DNA from: Octopus bimaculoides
Taxonomy: Eukaryota
Reading direction: 5' to 3'
Assembly (NCBI RefSeq): GCF_001194135.2
Contig: NC_068991.1
Location: forward strand, 6,029,834-6,093,833
DNA: 64,000 bases
Shown here: one piece after another, positions 50,901-64,000 of the stretch
How the letters are laid out: each line of letters begins with the position of its first letter
How positions within the stretch are numbered: position 1 is the stretch's first letter
Translations under genes and position numbers: made by a program
Notes under the pieces: model-generated
Databases searched by the model: none
What the model saw: only the letters and a program-made list of their open reading frames with translations
Told to the model about the DNA's origin: nothing

Positions 50901-52000
50901 TTGCTTCCATGATGATATTATGTTTCCAGATTTCATTGTTTAAGTTTGTGGTCTTCAGTTGTTTTAACTGGATGTGTGAGAGGACTAATGGACATAGACA
51001 CACCACCACCACCATTGCCACCACCACCACCACCACCATTGCCACCATTACGTCATTGTTTTGTTGGTTTCCTTCCTGATGCTTCCATAGAACAGAGAAT
51101 AGGATACGATTCCATTGAGCTTCAGCAGTTGCTTTTTCTTGTTCATTTTGCTTCCTGATTTGCTTTTTCTCTCAATGACATTATGATATAAAAAAAATTT
51201 TAAAAAGTGGGTAGAAACTCATGTCTGTATATTAGGGTTGTCTATGGCTGTCCTGTCCAGTAGACACTTTCTATGTTTCTTTTCAATGTAGTGAGATATG
51301 TATTTTAAAATATGTAATTTGCTTTGAACAAGTTTGCTTGACCTCTGTTTTCAAATGTTTTAGTTGAACATTATTATGGACGACGTGTTAATAGTTAAAT
51401 TCAGATCAAATTCATTCGATGTTTTGGTGTCCCTTTTGCCTCTAAGTATTTAAGTTAAATGTTCTTAGTGCCTTGTCATAAAACACTGTAAGATACTGAT
51501 CCAAATTCCTTGTTGATAATTATGATAATAAAAATTTATTTTAGCATAAATAGTTTCTATATTCTTTACATATCAATATTTTGCTCTTTGTTACTTGATT
51601 TTCATTTTTAAAGTCTTCTGCAGGAAATAAAATTTTCTTTCCTCATTTAAATTCTATATTTTCAAATATTGTCTTTATTATTTTTTCTCCTTTCCGTATT
51701 ATAAAAATCAGTTATTTTCCCCTAAGTTTAAATTATATTAATGGTAACACAATGAAACTGTAATAATTAGAAGATGCCAGGCTATTGGTGATAGTTATGA
51801 GTTCAAATTTTTCTCCATATATTGTGAGATATCTTATTGTATGATGCAGTAAATTGACTGCTTTAGTTTATCCACCTGAAAATAGATTCCATCTTCACTT
51901 GCTGATTCAGAGATTAGCAACAAGAGTGCCATCTAGCTGTACAGAATGGTTGTTTCAGCAGCTTTTTGAGTCTTAACATTTGCAAAAAAAAAAGCAGCTA

Positions 52001-52038
<38 letters not shown>

Positions 52039-52469
52039 CAAAGTGATAACTTTAATTTTATAATTCATTGAATATTGAGATTTTGTTTGTGTTCAAGCTG
52101 CCTTTTTCTGGCAGGTATTTATCAAGTGCAAATTTTGTTGATTATAATATTTATTTCTCCCATCAACATTATTATGCTTTGATTAAATTAAAGTATCTCA
52201 CACTGTTTATTATAAAACTTTAAATTGTAAGGAACCAGCATGCTTGTACATGTTGGATTGATATGTAAATTCTGACCTGTTTATTTTGAATGTAGAAATG
52301 AAATCTTATATATTTGTTATGCTCATTACAAAAGAAAAACATGTCTTAAAGATGTTTGACTGATTAAATATTAACCATTGAAATGAAGGAATAGAAATTT
52401 AAAACTTCAATGAACTTCATTCATTTTAGTAAAAAATATTTTAGTTCTTAATGTTAAATTTATTCATTT

Positions 52470-52525
<56 letters not shown>

Positions 52526-52812
52526 CACACACACATATGCATACACACGCACACATAGTTTGTAATTTAGTTTTAAAAAGAAACTGTTAAAAATCCAAAT
52601 AGTTATGTNNNNNNNNNNATACACACGCACACATAGTTTGTAATTTAGTTTTAAAAAGAAACTGTTAAAAATCCAAATAGTTATGTATTTCAGAATCCTT
52701 TTCCAAATATAGACCTTTTTTTTTTTTTTTTGCTATCTAGAAATATGAACACAAATTCAATAACTTCCTTGGCATTTGTCTCAATGTTTTTTCTTTCTTT
52801 TTTTCTTTGTAG

Positions 52813-55800
52813 GTCTAGGGGCATTGTCCCCATCTCTCTCCCCACATACATCTCTACCACCAGCTCGTGGTCTTGGGGGCATTCCTCAAGTAAACTATGG
52901 CCATCCATTACACAATTCAGTCACTCAGTTTTTGGATAGTATGAATCTACAATCATCTTTCCCTAGCCAATCACATTATAAACCGGTTCCCACCTCTTTT
53001 CCTTTTGATTCAGCTCCTCGGTCATCGGCAGAACAACCAACCTGTTACAGCTCGGGGAGGTACGTAACCTCCTCTCACAGTGGAGTTCCTGCTCACAGTA
53101 AATCTCTCTTTAATCAAGATTTTCATTCAAGCAAAGATTTAGCCAGCAGTCTCACCCCATCTCCTATGTCACCTAATCCTCATGTTCCTGAAGCAAGTAG
53201 CAAAAGCTGGAGTCTGTCTAATTTTGTTCCAACTTCATCAAATCCCTTTGCAAATCTCACTAATGAGCTCTCTGGACCAGGAAATTATGCGCCAGCATCT
53301 CCTAGTCCCCAACAACACATTCCTCCCCCAGCTCACAGCACCAACAGAGCAATCAGTAGTCTTTCTCAAAGAAGCCCCTACCAGCCAGACCCTATCTACT
53401 GTTCAACTTCTCTACCTAGTAGTAAGTCGGTTCCATCTCCACAGTTACCGCCAGTCTATAGCCGCACCACTTCACAATCAACAAAACCGGCCCACTCGCC
53501 ACAGTTGCCTTCTTCATACAATATGTCCAACATGAATCATGAGCAACAACAACCTGCTACACCTCTCTCTCAACCTCCAACACCAAGACCATCAAATTAT
53601 TCTTCCCCCCAGGACTTGGAAAATATGTCTGGCTCGCAGTCACCCATGTATGATCCCTACAGCTGCATCAGTACTAAAAGTTATTCTGTAGCATCTAGTG
53701 CTCCCACTTATTCTTCTGTAAATCATATGACATCCGAGATGGGCTATGATCCTGTTAGTCCAACTCAACCACTCTCTGAACAACCATCTCAACAGCATCA
53801 ACAGGGGGATTCTTTCTGTACAGTCTCTTTGCAAGATTTGGCTTCAATTGGATCTAGTCAAGACCGCATGCAAGATATGAAAAATCGAGAAAGTGTGTTG
53901 CTTCAAGAAACCTCTCATATCATGCTGCACAGTACTGCCAATAAGGGAGTCTCTCCTTCACTTTCTGATCTGCAGCAGACTGTCCAGAGTATCACCTCAC
54001 GCCCTCAGACTATTCCAGCAGCACACAACATGCATAATGGCCAACTTTCTCAAAGTGTTCACAGTCCCATGCAGCAATCACCTATAAGTGTGGGGAGTCC
54101 GCAGGCTCCAATAGCACTTGGAAGCCCGCAGACTCCTCTTCCCAGTTCCACTATAGTGCAAGCACCTCCTCCAGTTCAAGCTGTTGCTGACTCAACAACT
54201 AAACCCAAACGTGGACGTGGACGCAAGAAGAAAGACATAATTTATGACAAAGCTCTTGAACTTGGACAAGAACATTTATTTAATGAAGAACCCCTAAATA
54301 TGACGCAAGGAACAGCCAATGTATTCCCCAACATGGCACAAGTGATGTCTCAACAGTGCCATGATACCCTTCCTCCACAACCATTAACTGAAGATACCCT
54401 GAGCCCCACTTACCAAGACCATGTTGAAGAACAGCGACTCAAAGTTCAAAACGTTAGTCCTGTTTTAGACCCTTCTTTATCTGTTGTTCGCCTAAATGAC
54501 CACCACCAGGATGCATCTCCTGCAAGTATGCATCAGTTTTCAGTACGAGGTAATGTTGAGAGCTCTCAGCATGGATCTGATCATGTGACAAACATGCATC
54601 CCCCATCAGTATCTGGTAGTATTGGTAGTCCACAAGGAGTTTTATCTGAGGATATGCCCAGTACTGCTACACCTCTTTCTGATCGTATTGAACAGCCAGC
54701 TGCCATTACTGACCAATACTCAGATAGTTTAACTCCACCCACAACAACGCCAGATCTACCAGATATTCAGAACTATGGTATGAGGCGCTTGACTGAATCA
54801 TCTTATGTTAATACGATGGCATCCCAACTTGGCCCCAACCAGATGAATTTGCACCAGCAGGATCCAATGTGCCAAGACAGTATGACTCTTTCTAAGCAGA
54901 ATGCATCTTTGCAAATGCAACCTCCCCCATCCTACATGAACTTCTCTCAGGTATCAACGCCAAAAGATTTGGTACCTGCTTCAAACAGTTTTGAAGATTT
55001 AGCTATGGATAAAGATGGTGATGCACCAGAATTTGATGATTTAGTTGATGCCAACACTGCTGATACGAAGCGACAGTTGCTCTCTCAAGAAGATGAGACC
55101 ATTGGAGCAGCTATGGCTACTATTTCTGCTGACTTCTCTTTGTCTGATAAAAAGCAAAAGAGAAGTCGTACTAAAGCAGAACAAAAACAAATGCCTACCA
55201 ATGTAATAGCTGTTACACTCCAGGCTGAGTTTGATGAGGAATTCCAACACTTGCAAGATAAAGTTATGCTTGATGGTGAACTGCTGAAAAAAACGGAGAA
55301 TAAATCCAAAAAGTGTTTTGATGCTTTCCAAGAAAGCTATATAAATTTCTTACAAGGTAAAAAAACAGAGACACTCTCCAGCCTGAGTTATTCTAATATT
55401 ACTAGACGCACCCATTCTACGAAATATGATCCAAGGTTTTATAATTCTATATTAAATAATTTGCCAGTTGGTGATTTTGGAACTGGGTATAAAAGACCTC
55501 TTACTACTACAACAGATTTGGGCAGTTCTAAATTGAATGATACACTGAGCATGAATCAGTCTTCGACCCCATTTTCTGATGAGGAGAACAGTATTAATAC
55601 AGTTGAAGATTTATTTCAGAATCTTTGTGATAACTTTGAATCTGACAATCAGATGCATAGACAGTCAGTAGAGTTTGGACGGGGTCCTCGTCGTGGGCGG
55701 GGAGGCCGTGGCAGTAGAGGTCCCCGTGCAAAACGAGCACGTGGTAGGAGCCGAACTTTCTCTGGTGAAAGAGAAGTTATGGAGTTCTTTGATAAAGGAA

Positions 55801-55908
55801 CATCAGAAAACGATGTTGAGAAACCCATTGTACCTGTGTTACCTTTAAGGCAAACTTCTTCTCGTAAGGCAAAAGAAAAAACCCTCACACGAAGAAAGCG
55901 CAAAAATG
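52813..55908 (+). CDS. 3096-nt internal coding exon, S/P/Q-rich probable chromatin protein (QSER1/PRR12-like, tentative)
   Basis: 1032-codon open frame. Polypyrimidine acceptor TTTTCTTTGTAG| at 52812 and donor AATG|GTAAGT at 55909, both phase 1. KPKRGRGRKKK at 54201-54233, FQESYINFLQGKK at ~55327-55365, RG-rich patch at ~55675-55755. Exon call is strong; family assignment is from recalled resemblance only (about 0.45). Confidence 0.93.
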
Positions 55909-56204
55909 GTAAGTCAGACTTTTAGTTCCATTTTGTAATATTTTTTTCCAGGTTTTTATGTTCTCAGAACCTGTTTTAAATTAACTGTATTGTTCTTTTT
56001 TTTTTTTAAATGCTAATTCCTGAAAGATTTTGAGTTATGTGTTTTTAGTTGAACCTTGGCACTGCCATATTCTGCTTGCTTAGGCCAACCTAGTTAATAC
56101 CCCCATTGACTTGAAAGTTGCCATGTATCAATTATTGATAACAATGATAGGTTTATGCCATTCATGCCATATTATGATGGAATTTGTTTATTTCATGCTG
56201 TGTG

Positions 56205-56424
56205 TGAGAGCATGCTGAAAAGTTCCTGGCTTTGGGTAAAAGAAAATACAGGAGGATCAGTTAATTATGATTTTAGTCAACACGTTCCACTTTGAGATTT
56301 ATACACTTATTGCAGCGGTTCTTCAGTTTTTCTAAGCCCTGTAAAAGAACTCAGAAAGTCTGGCCTCCAACCAGGCCCTTTGCGATACCCTTAAAGCCAG
56401 GAACTTTTCAGCACCCCCTTGTGT
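56205..56424. mobile_element. Tc1/mariner-type MITE
   Basis: TIRs TGCTGAAAAGTTCCTGGCTTT / AAAGCCAGGAACTTTTCAGCA. Confidence 0.8.
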
Positions 56425-56445
56425 ATATTTGCCATAATTTTAACC

Positions 56446-56476
<31 letters not shown>

Positions 56477-57814
56477 AGAAGAAATGATTCTAAAAAAAAA
56501 ATTTGAAACTATTCAGACTGATATCATGTTAAACTTAAATACATTATATGTTTTCCTGTGATTATAATTGTTTCCATAGCAATTACATGAGGTGTGAGAT
56601 TGTGTGAAATAGCACATATATTATGAGATCATTATTCTTAGATGAAGTTATTCGCTATTGTAATATTGTAATTTCTGAGAAAGGTGCATAGCATGCCATG
56701 GAGCTGTGATTTTCAGTCTGGTTTGATTCACATCTGTGTGAATAATGTGTGCCGGGAGTGTTTTGGCAGACCATCAGCTTTTTAGAAGTTTTGTAACATA
56801 TAAAAAAATAAAATGAGAGCATTAAAATTGTTTTAAAAACAAACATGAGTGCACACATTGCACTTTGTTTCAAAGGAATTTGCATTCACTGGTGTCGTGT
56901 CTTAACAAAATAAGGTGCAATAAGGGCAAATGACTGAAGGCAAATACTTGAGTAAGGGGGAAAGCTGGCAGGATTGTTACCATGCTGTTCTGAGTTCAAA
57001 TGCCACCAGGGTCCAGTTTGTCTTTCATTCTTTCAGGGTCTGTAAAACAAGTGTTAGTTAACTGAGGGTGGTAGAAGGTGAAGTGTTGAAGGAAGTAACT
57101 GAATGCCAAGAGATGAGAAATTGGAGTATGACAGAGAGACAGAAACGGGTGTTTTGCAGGAGAGGAGATACATTTCTACTTCAGCTGGAAAAGGAGAGAA
57201 GATGGTGAAGAAATGTCAGGATCATACAATCAGGTGACAGGCAGGGGAACATAAGAGAAGTGGCCCTTTGTACAAGGTGAATGGTTAGGTTAATTCAGCC
57301 GTGAGTACACCATGAACCCCATACACAGCTACTGTGTTGTATCATTGACAAAGACACCCAACTCAGTGGCCTAATTCATTTGTAATTTAAATTAGGTGCT
57401 GTTACAGGTATTGAATGATAGCTAATAGATATCTGGTTGATTTGCTGTATAATTACTCGTATTTCAGTACCCTGGAAACTTTGTTTTTTCACTGCTTTTA
57501 TTCTTTAATTCTTTCTAAAGTTGTGTTTTAACTCTACTGTAATGCAAATTGCCAAATCCTACAAAAGCTTTAACCAACTTTTTCAAAATTAAATAATAAT
57601 AAAGTCTAACTAATGCCTTCATTGTAGACTATCATTAAAGAAAAAAAAAACAAAAAAAGCAGCCTATTTTGGCCCTATCTAGCAAAAATTAAGTTGGTTA
57701 AACCAGTAATCTATATATATATATATATATATATCATGAAGTATATTTGCCACTTAAATGTGGCTATATATATATATATTTATTCTTTTATATTTGTTTC
57801 ATCCATTTGGCTGC

Positions 57815-58178
57815 GCCATGCTGGGACACCACCTTTAGTGGAGCAAATCGACCCCAGGACTTATTCCTTGTAAGCCCAGTACTTACTTATTCTATCGGTC
57901 TCTTTTGCCGAACTGCTAAGTTACAAGGGTGCCAACACACCAGCATCGGTTGTCAAGCGATGTTAGAGGGGGGCAAACACAGACACATAAACATGCACAC
58001 ACACATACACACGCACATGATGGACTTCTTTCAGTTTCCTTCTACCAAATCCACTCTCAAGTCTTTGGTCGGCCCGATGCTATAGTAGAAGACACTTGCC
58101 CAAGGTGCCATGCAGTGGGACTGAACCCGGAACCATGTGGTTGGTAAGCAAGCTACTTACCACACAGCCACTCCTGTG
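57815..58178 (-). mobile_element. Relatively intact tRNA-derived SINE
   Basis: Head with A/B boxes at the right end (reverse strand); CpGs partly retained. Confidence 0.88.
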
Positions 58179-58832
58179 CCTATTTATTCATGATCTTGTG
58201 AATTATTTTGAAATGCTTAGATGCTATGATATGTGGTTGAAGCAGTAGAAATGTAGGCTTTAGTGCCGTGTCTAAACATGGACTATGTTGTCTAAGTTAG
58301 TTTATTGATAACCTTACTTATCTTAAATGTAAATGAAATGAGATTATCTTTGAAAAAGAAGGCAAACAAACAGTTAACTGGTATAGGTTATTTAAGTTAA
58401 CTCAAACATCCATTTTTTATTGACATGTCTGCATAAGTAGACACATATGCAAAGAAGGACACCCATGTTCCACCCTGTTTTGATTCCATTTTTATAGACT
58501 CATCTATACATATTGATCAGGAAATGAATGATAAGAAAGTAACTGGGTTCTCTGATGTTGCTGTAATTTTGCTTTTGACTAGGATTACATGCACACTTTA
58601 GCTTCTTACATCTTAGGGAAATAAATTTACACTTAATGAAGGTAAGCTACTTAACAGTCCATCATGTTATATTTTGATGAGCATTAACTGGATATCAAAC
58701 TAGTTTTAAAGTATGTATATGAAAATATAAGTTGACAGGTTTGAATAGTTTTCTCTCTCTCTTATTTAAAACTAGTTATTTTATTTCCCAAAGTGTTCCA
58801 ATCAGACCATTCTTGCATGTGCGTGCACACGC

Positions 58833-58869
<37 letters not shown>

Positions 58870-58872
<3 letters not shown>

Positions 58873-59232
58873 AGTGGCTGTGTGGTATGAAGCTTGCTTC
58901 CTAAACACACGGTTCTGGGTTCAGTCCCACTATGTGGCACCTCTGGCAGTTATCTTCTACTATAACCTCAGGCCAACCAAAGCCTTGTGAGTGGATTTGG
59001 TAGACGGAAACTGAAAGAAGCCCATCATGATTGTGTGTGTCTGCATGTATGTCTTTGTGTATATGTTTGTCCTCCCATCACTGCTTGACAACCGGTAGTG
59101 GTTCAGCAAAAGAGACCGGTAGAATAAGTATTAAGCTTTAAAAAAATAAAGTCCTGGGGTTAATTTGTTCGACTAAAAACCCTTCAAGTGCTCCAGCATG
59201 GTTGCAGTCAAATGACTGAAGCAGATAAAAGA
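58870..59232 (+). mobile_element. tRNA-derived SINE, same family, opposite orientation
   Basis: Head GGAGTGGCTGTGTGGT...GGGTTCAGTCCC. Confidence 0.88.
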
Positions 59233-59247
59233 TTATATATATATATA

Positions 59248-59469
59248 TGAGGGGGTGCTGAAAAGTTCCTGGCTTTGGGTAAAAGAAACTACAAGAGGAA
59301 TGGTTAATTATGATTTCATCCAACATATTTCCCTCTCAGATTCATGCATTTACTGCAGCAGCCCTTCATTTCTTCTAAGCCTTGTAAAAGAACTTGGAAG
59401 GTTGGGTCTCCAACCAGGCCTTTCATGATACCGTCAGAGACAGGAACTTTTCAGCCTTCACCCCATGTG
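59248..59469. mobile_element. Tc1/mariner-type MITE, second copy
   Basis: TA-TGAGGGGGTGCTGAAAAGTTCCTGGCTTT left end; body matches 56205-56424. Confidence 0.8.
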
Positions 59470-61089
59470 TACGCACGGCGGCGCCGCTGCTGCTGCCGCC
59501 AATCAGGGCTGAAGAGGGAACCATCGTCTTTTGTGTGCAACCTCAGTAAAGTTGTATATATATAACAAATGATCAGAGAGTAATAAACCTTGCATTTGTA
59601 TCGATCATCAGTGATTTAGCTGTGAAAGGAGAGAGAGCTATAAGATTTTCTTTTATTCTTGTTTATTCCCATCATCATTGTCATTATCATCGCGTGTGTG
59701 TCCGTGTGTCCCCGTTTTCGGTACTTATATCTTGGTGTTGTTGAGAGAGGCTGACTGTTACGCTTTCAAATTCTAATCATTGTGTTGAAATTATGTTATA
59801 CAAAAGAAAGGTACCATTATGTTCTAAGTTCAAATTCTGCCAAGGTCAACTTAGCCTTTCATCTTTTCAGGATCGAAAAAATAAGTACCAGTTAACTACT
59901 GGAGTCAGTGTAATTGGCTTGCTTCTTCCCCTGAAATTACTGGCCTTGGGTCAAAATTTTAAGCCAATATTAGATCATGGAAGCAGACTATGTTCTTTCG
60001 ATGGCTAGGGTAAAAGAGCAGTAGTTTTTCTACATGGGTTGGGGAAACTGTACAATGAGCATTCAACTCAAAAGGCCATAGGAACATAATAATTAATTAA
60101 ATGCCTGTAACAGAAATAACATGTTTTAGAACCGGACATGTATTTGATTAACATTTGTATAACTTTGAAAAATTTGCAATCAATGTTTCCTTAAATGTTC
60201 TTTGTATTTACCAGCTTTATTTTTGCCACTAACAAGAAAGGGTTTCTTAACAAGAGCACCGTTTTATTTTTAAAAGCCAGCTATATTTTTTTCTTTCCAT
60301 GTTTTTGTGTTCACCTTATTTCATGTGCACATACCAAGCGATTCCCTTTTAATTCAATAAGGCACCATAATCTCTCCTCCCTTGTTGTCTACGACAAAGT
60401 TTGCAAGGTGGAATAAATTATTTTGCCATGTGAGAAGTTTTGGACAGAACCCTTCGTTGGTGCGTGTGGGAGTGCTGGGATGATAATGGTGAAGAGATTG
60501 GAAATAGTGAAAGAGAAATTCAAAAAAGAAAGAAAGAAAGAGAAGAAAAAAACACAAGTCAAGAATGAGGTGGTGATGCAACAAAGGGAAACGGATGTTA
60601 GTGGAAGATCAATAAAAGCTGAAGTGAGGAGTTAATCAACAAGAACACTTGTAAATTTAGGAGAGATGAAAGGGAACAGGTTCAGATCAGAAGGGAAGAC
60701 AATTGAGGATGAAAAGAAAAGCTTGTTTCGTGTTGGGAGGGGGGATGCCCGGTATGGAGTTGGGAAGACCATAGTTCAAATGCATACACAGTATAAATGT
60801 TGGGTAGAGTGGATTTGTCTATTACAAGCAAAATGCCATGCAGACAGTTCATCCATTTCTTGGGTCCAGTGATGTGTGTCTATGCACATATATATATATA
60901 TATATATATATATAGATATATATATATATATATATATAAATATAAATGGTGGTGCCCCAGCATGGCCACAGCTCATGAGCTGAAACTGGATAAAATGAAA
61001 ATATACACACACACACACACACATGCACGCACGCACGCGCTCGCGCATGCATGCATTAAAGTGAGCATTGGTTGCTGCTGCATAACTGG

Positions 61090-63000
61090 CAGTTGAGAAA
61101 AGGTTAGAGAAAATTAAAAGGGCAAGGCTAATGTAAACTTGGCGACTGAGAGGCATTCATTAGTGCCCGTGGGTGAGAAAGTGCTCCCCCCGCCATTACA
61201 TGCTATTGATGGAGTCAGAGTGTTTGATGTTGAAGAAGACAGAAAGATAAGCATGGTAAATGCTTCTTGAGCTGAAGTATTTACAGTCCATGGGGGTGTA
61301 TGTTTCTGTTCTAGAGCAGCACTCAATCTGTTAACTTGCTTTGACTCTACCAACTGGCCTTTGAGCAGAGTCCATTAGTGGAGTCCATTCTGTTGCAGAC
61401 ATGTCTAGTGACAGCCCTTGCATACAATTCTTCCCTTTCCATGTCACGGACCACTGATAATGTCTAAGTCAATACAACTTGGCACAATTATTACCACAAG
61501 TGTTGCCTTCAAGATGCAAAAAAAAATGGTGAAATAGATACTGCAAAGCTTTGATCATCTCATTTCTTTATCTGCTGTAGTTGGAATTAGCTTATCTTGT
61601 ATATTTTAACTATTTTAAAACTTCATTAATGTTTCAGGGAGAATTGGCTTCAACTTCTTTCAGGTCGGGTGTAAGCCTGTAGGATTTTCTTTCCCGGTTT
61701 GTGGTACAAAGTAGTTGTATATATTGATTAGTACAGTGATTTCTTTGTATCCTAGGTGTTTTAGGAATATTGTTTTTGATTTTCTCAGTTCCCGATACTT
61801 TTTCGAGTTATGAAATTCCTCTGTTGTTTTTTGAGTGTCTGTTGAAAATGTAAAGCTCAGAATCTTCCTGCCAGAGGAAGATGCATATTTGTGGTATGCC
61901 TCTCCGTTTTCAGGCCTTTGGTGGCACATGTCTGATGACAGTGTTCATGGTTGGAGTGTGGTTATTATTATTTTTCACATTCAGTGAATCCTCGGTTTAT
62001 GAACTCCTCTCATCGCAAACAGATCAGTCTACAGTTAATTTTTCAAACATAAAATGCCTCAGGTGACAAACTGTGTCTCAAATAACGAATGCTCAAGCTG
62101 GCAACAATGGTTGATGACAAGCTGGGAGTGTCAGCAGGAGAACATCAGATGCTGCCTTCTTTGAACTTCCTATGGGAAAAATTCTTTCACTTTACAACCA
62201 TTTCAGGTGATGAATGGCCTTCCAAGAATGAATTAAATTTGTGTTGATGCCACCAATTTGGTGCAGAAACCAAATCTCTCACGATCCTTATCTCTCTACA
62301 TCAGGGGTTCTCAACCACTTTTTTTTCACCTGTGAACTCCTTTGATTCCTATTTTGCTCAGATTGGCCCTCTTAGCCATTTGATGTTTAGAAAATCCTAT
62401 TATGTTTTTATAATTAAATGTTATAAGAAATTGCATAAAAAAGATTGTTTGGTGTGCTGTAGAAGTAAGTGCAGCCAATTTATTGCACACAAATTTTAAT
62501 TACAAAATTTTATATTGAACCTTCAAGGGTTGAGAACCACTGTTCTACATCAGTTAATTCCCCCCCCCCCNNNNNNNNNNNNNNNNNNNNNNNNNNNNNN
62601 NNNNNNNNNNNNACATCCCTAACTGACACAGAGATCCTGAACACCCTTTACCATCATTGAAGTTTTCTCTCTCAGCAAATGCACATCATCAGAATAGTAA
62701 AAGACTGTTTCACTAAAGCAGAAAGTACCTTAGCTCCCTACAACTGTTAACCGTTTCCAAAGTGATCCCTATAGTGGAGTGTTGTAGCTGTGCTGAGAGA
62801 CATCCAGAATAGGCTGCCCAGCTGATTGGCATGAAGTCCACTAGCCAAACCACTCCTGTGCTTGACCCACAGATATATAATGCATCCTTTCTATCTTATT
62901 GCAGTGGCCTCTCCGCTCAGGCATTCTTGACTCAATCGTGCTCCCACCCATATTGGCAAGCTCCACACTAACCACTACTCTCTGTCCTGTCTTTCTGGAA
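61090..63000 (+). mobile_element. Heavily decayed LINE (CR1/L2-like), tentative
   Basis: Weak motif resemblance only (DRKISMVNAS*AEVFT at ~61240-61290; frameshifted IQNRAAQLI-like at ~62800-62828). Confidence 0.35.
62302..62542. mobile_element. hAT-type MITE with 8-bp TSD
   Basis: TIRs CAGGGGTTCTCAACC / GGTTGAGAACCACTG; flanks CTCTACAT (62294-62301) and TTCTACAT (62543-62550). Confidence 0.88.
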
Positions 63001-64000
63001 TTCCCACCCTGCCCATGTTTTTCTGGTAGCTACTGACTTGCAGTTGTACCGAAGGAACATTAACTGCATTGGTTTCAACTTGTCTTGGAGGGTCTGTGAA
63101 GGTCTTGTCCATAGCCTTTCCTTCAAGTCAGTCCAATCCAGTAACCTAATAAGGCAAGGAATAATCATCATCATGGCTACCACAACCATCACCACTACTG
63201 TGACCACCACCTTCATCGTGTTTGTTTTGCCCCCCCCCCCCACTGCGTGTGTACTGGCATGGGTTGGATGGGTCTGTTCCAGCACAGTATCTCACCACTT
63301 ATATCTAATGATAACCATTAAAAATCCAGTAATCCAATCTAATTAGTAAATAATAGTAGCTGTCAAGGGGAAATTAATGTTTTCTGAAGTAACTGATGCT
63401 GTATGCAGCCAGCAACAACTTCATCAGGTTTAATCCAAACCTAATAACAAGATAGCCCTGCACATTATATTATTAATGAGTTTGGTCAATGATACTTGTA
63501 TATTTGATGCTTTTTGTTTCTTATGTTATAAATATAGTCACTGGTTCCTTGTTTTTGGATATTTGTTATAATTTTAGATTAACCAATACCCAACTACAAT
63601 GGATACAACAACAAAATTGTAATTGGTTGCAAGTGATTGAATATGCTAAGAATACATGGCTACCAGACAATTTGGACCACCTTCTGCAGAGACACTGAAG
63701 CAGATGCGAAGACAACAAGCGCACTAACTCACACAGGCTGGCTGAACTTGAGAGAGATGGTTTCAGATTTGTGTTGCGGGTAACAGAAATTCTGGTAGCG
63801 TGGTGTCGACAGAAGAACTATTTTTTAGATCTTAAGGACGTGGATTGTCATCGGACCATGGAGCTTTTAGCAATTTTTGTAAAAGCTAGTGTTATTTTTA
63901 TGGAGAGAAATAGGATTTTCTATGCCTAAAAATAAGATCTCTTTAAAAAAAAAAAAAAAAGAAAGAAAGAAAGAAAAAGTGAAAGAGAAAAAGTTTTAAT

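Noticed and set aside
52541-52686. Exact 68-bp direct repeat upstream of the large exon
   Set aside because: The copies flank a 10-N gap and are identical; assembly artefact
52776-52812. N-terminus MSQCFFFLFFFV of the 1049-aa ORF
   Set aside because: This is the polypyrimidine tract; the exon starts at 52813. The terminal residues after 55908 are likewise intronic.
63690-63730. Next coding exon after CTTCTGCAG
   Set aside because: In-frame TAA at 63725-63727 in the required phase
1-64000. CRISPR arrays, rRNA genes or prokaryotic systems
   Set aside because: No regularly spaced repeats or rRNA similarity; the sequence is intron-rich eukaryotic DNA

Overview
AT-rich, microsatellite- and SINE-dense animal genomic DNA from a gapped scaffold. 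The repeat families suggest an octopus/coleoid cephalopod genome (inference). Most of the window is the 5' part of one large plus-strand gene. Its supported coding exons are 28438-28567 (MDPNHW...GIGT), a 57-nt exon at 46392-46448, and a 3096-nt exon at 52813-55908. All join in phase 1 into about 1,090 aa of S/P/Q-rich, probably disordered protein with AT-hook-like and RG-rich basic patches. The reading frame continues past a GT donor at 55909, and no further exon was found in the window. The best guess is a QSER1/PRR12-like chromatin protein (moderate confidence, unverified). The first ~6.5 kb keeps its CpGs and has strong splice donors on both strands, consistent with alternative and divergent promoters. 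Introns carry tRNA-derived SINEs, RTE and CR1/L2-like LINE relics, piggyBac-, mariner- and hAT-type MITEs, and a decayed Helitron Rep. The two most notable observations are (1) the 57-nt exon, a diverged copy of the 3' end of the first coding exon 18 kb upstream with mostly synonymous changes, and (2) a tRNA-headed SINE with a Penelope-type hammerhead-ribozyme tail, inserted as an inverted dimer between 12-bp direct repeats. All translations and alignments were done by eye; nothing was searched against databases.
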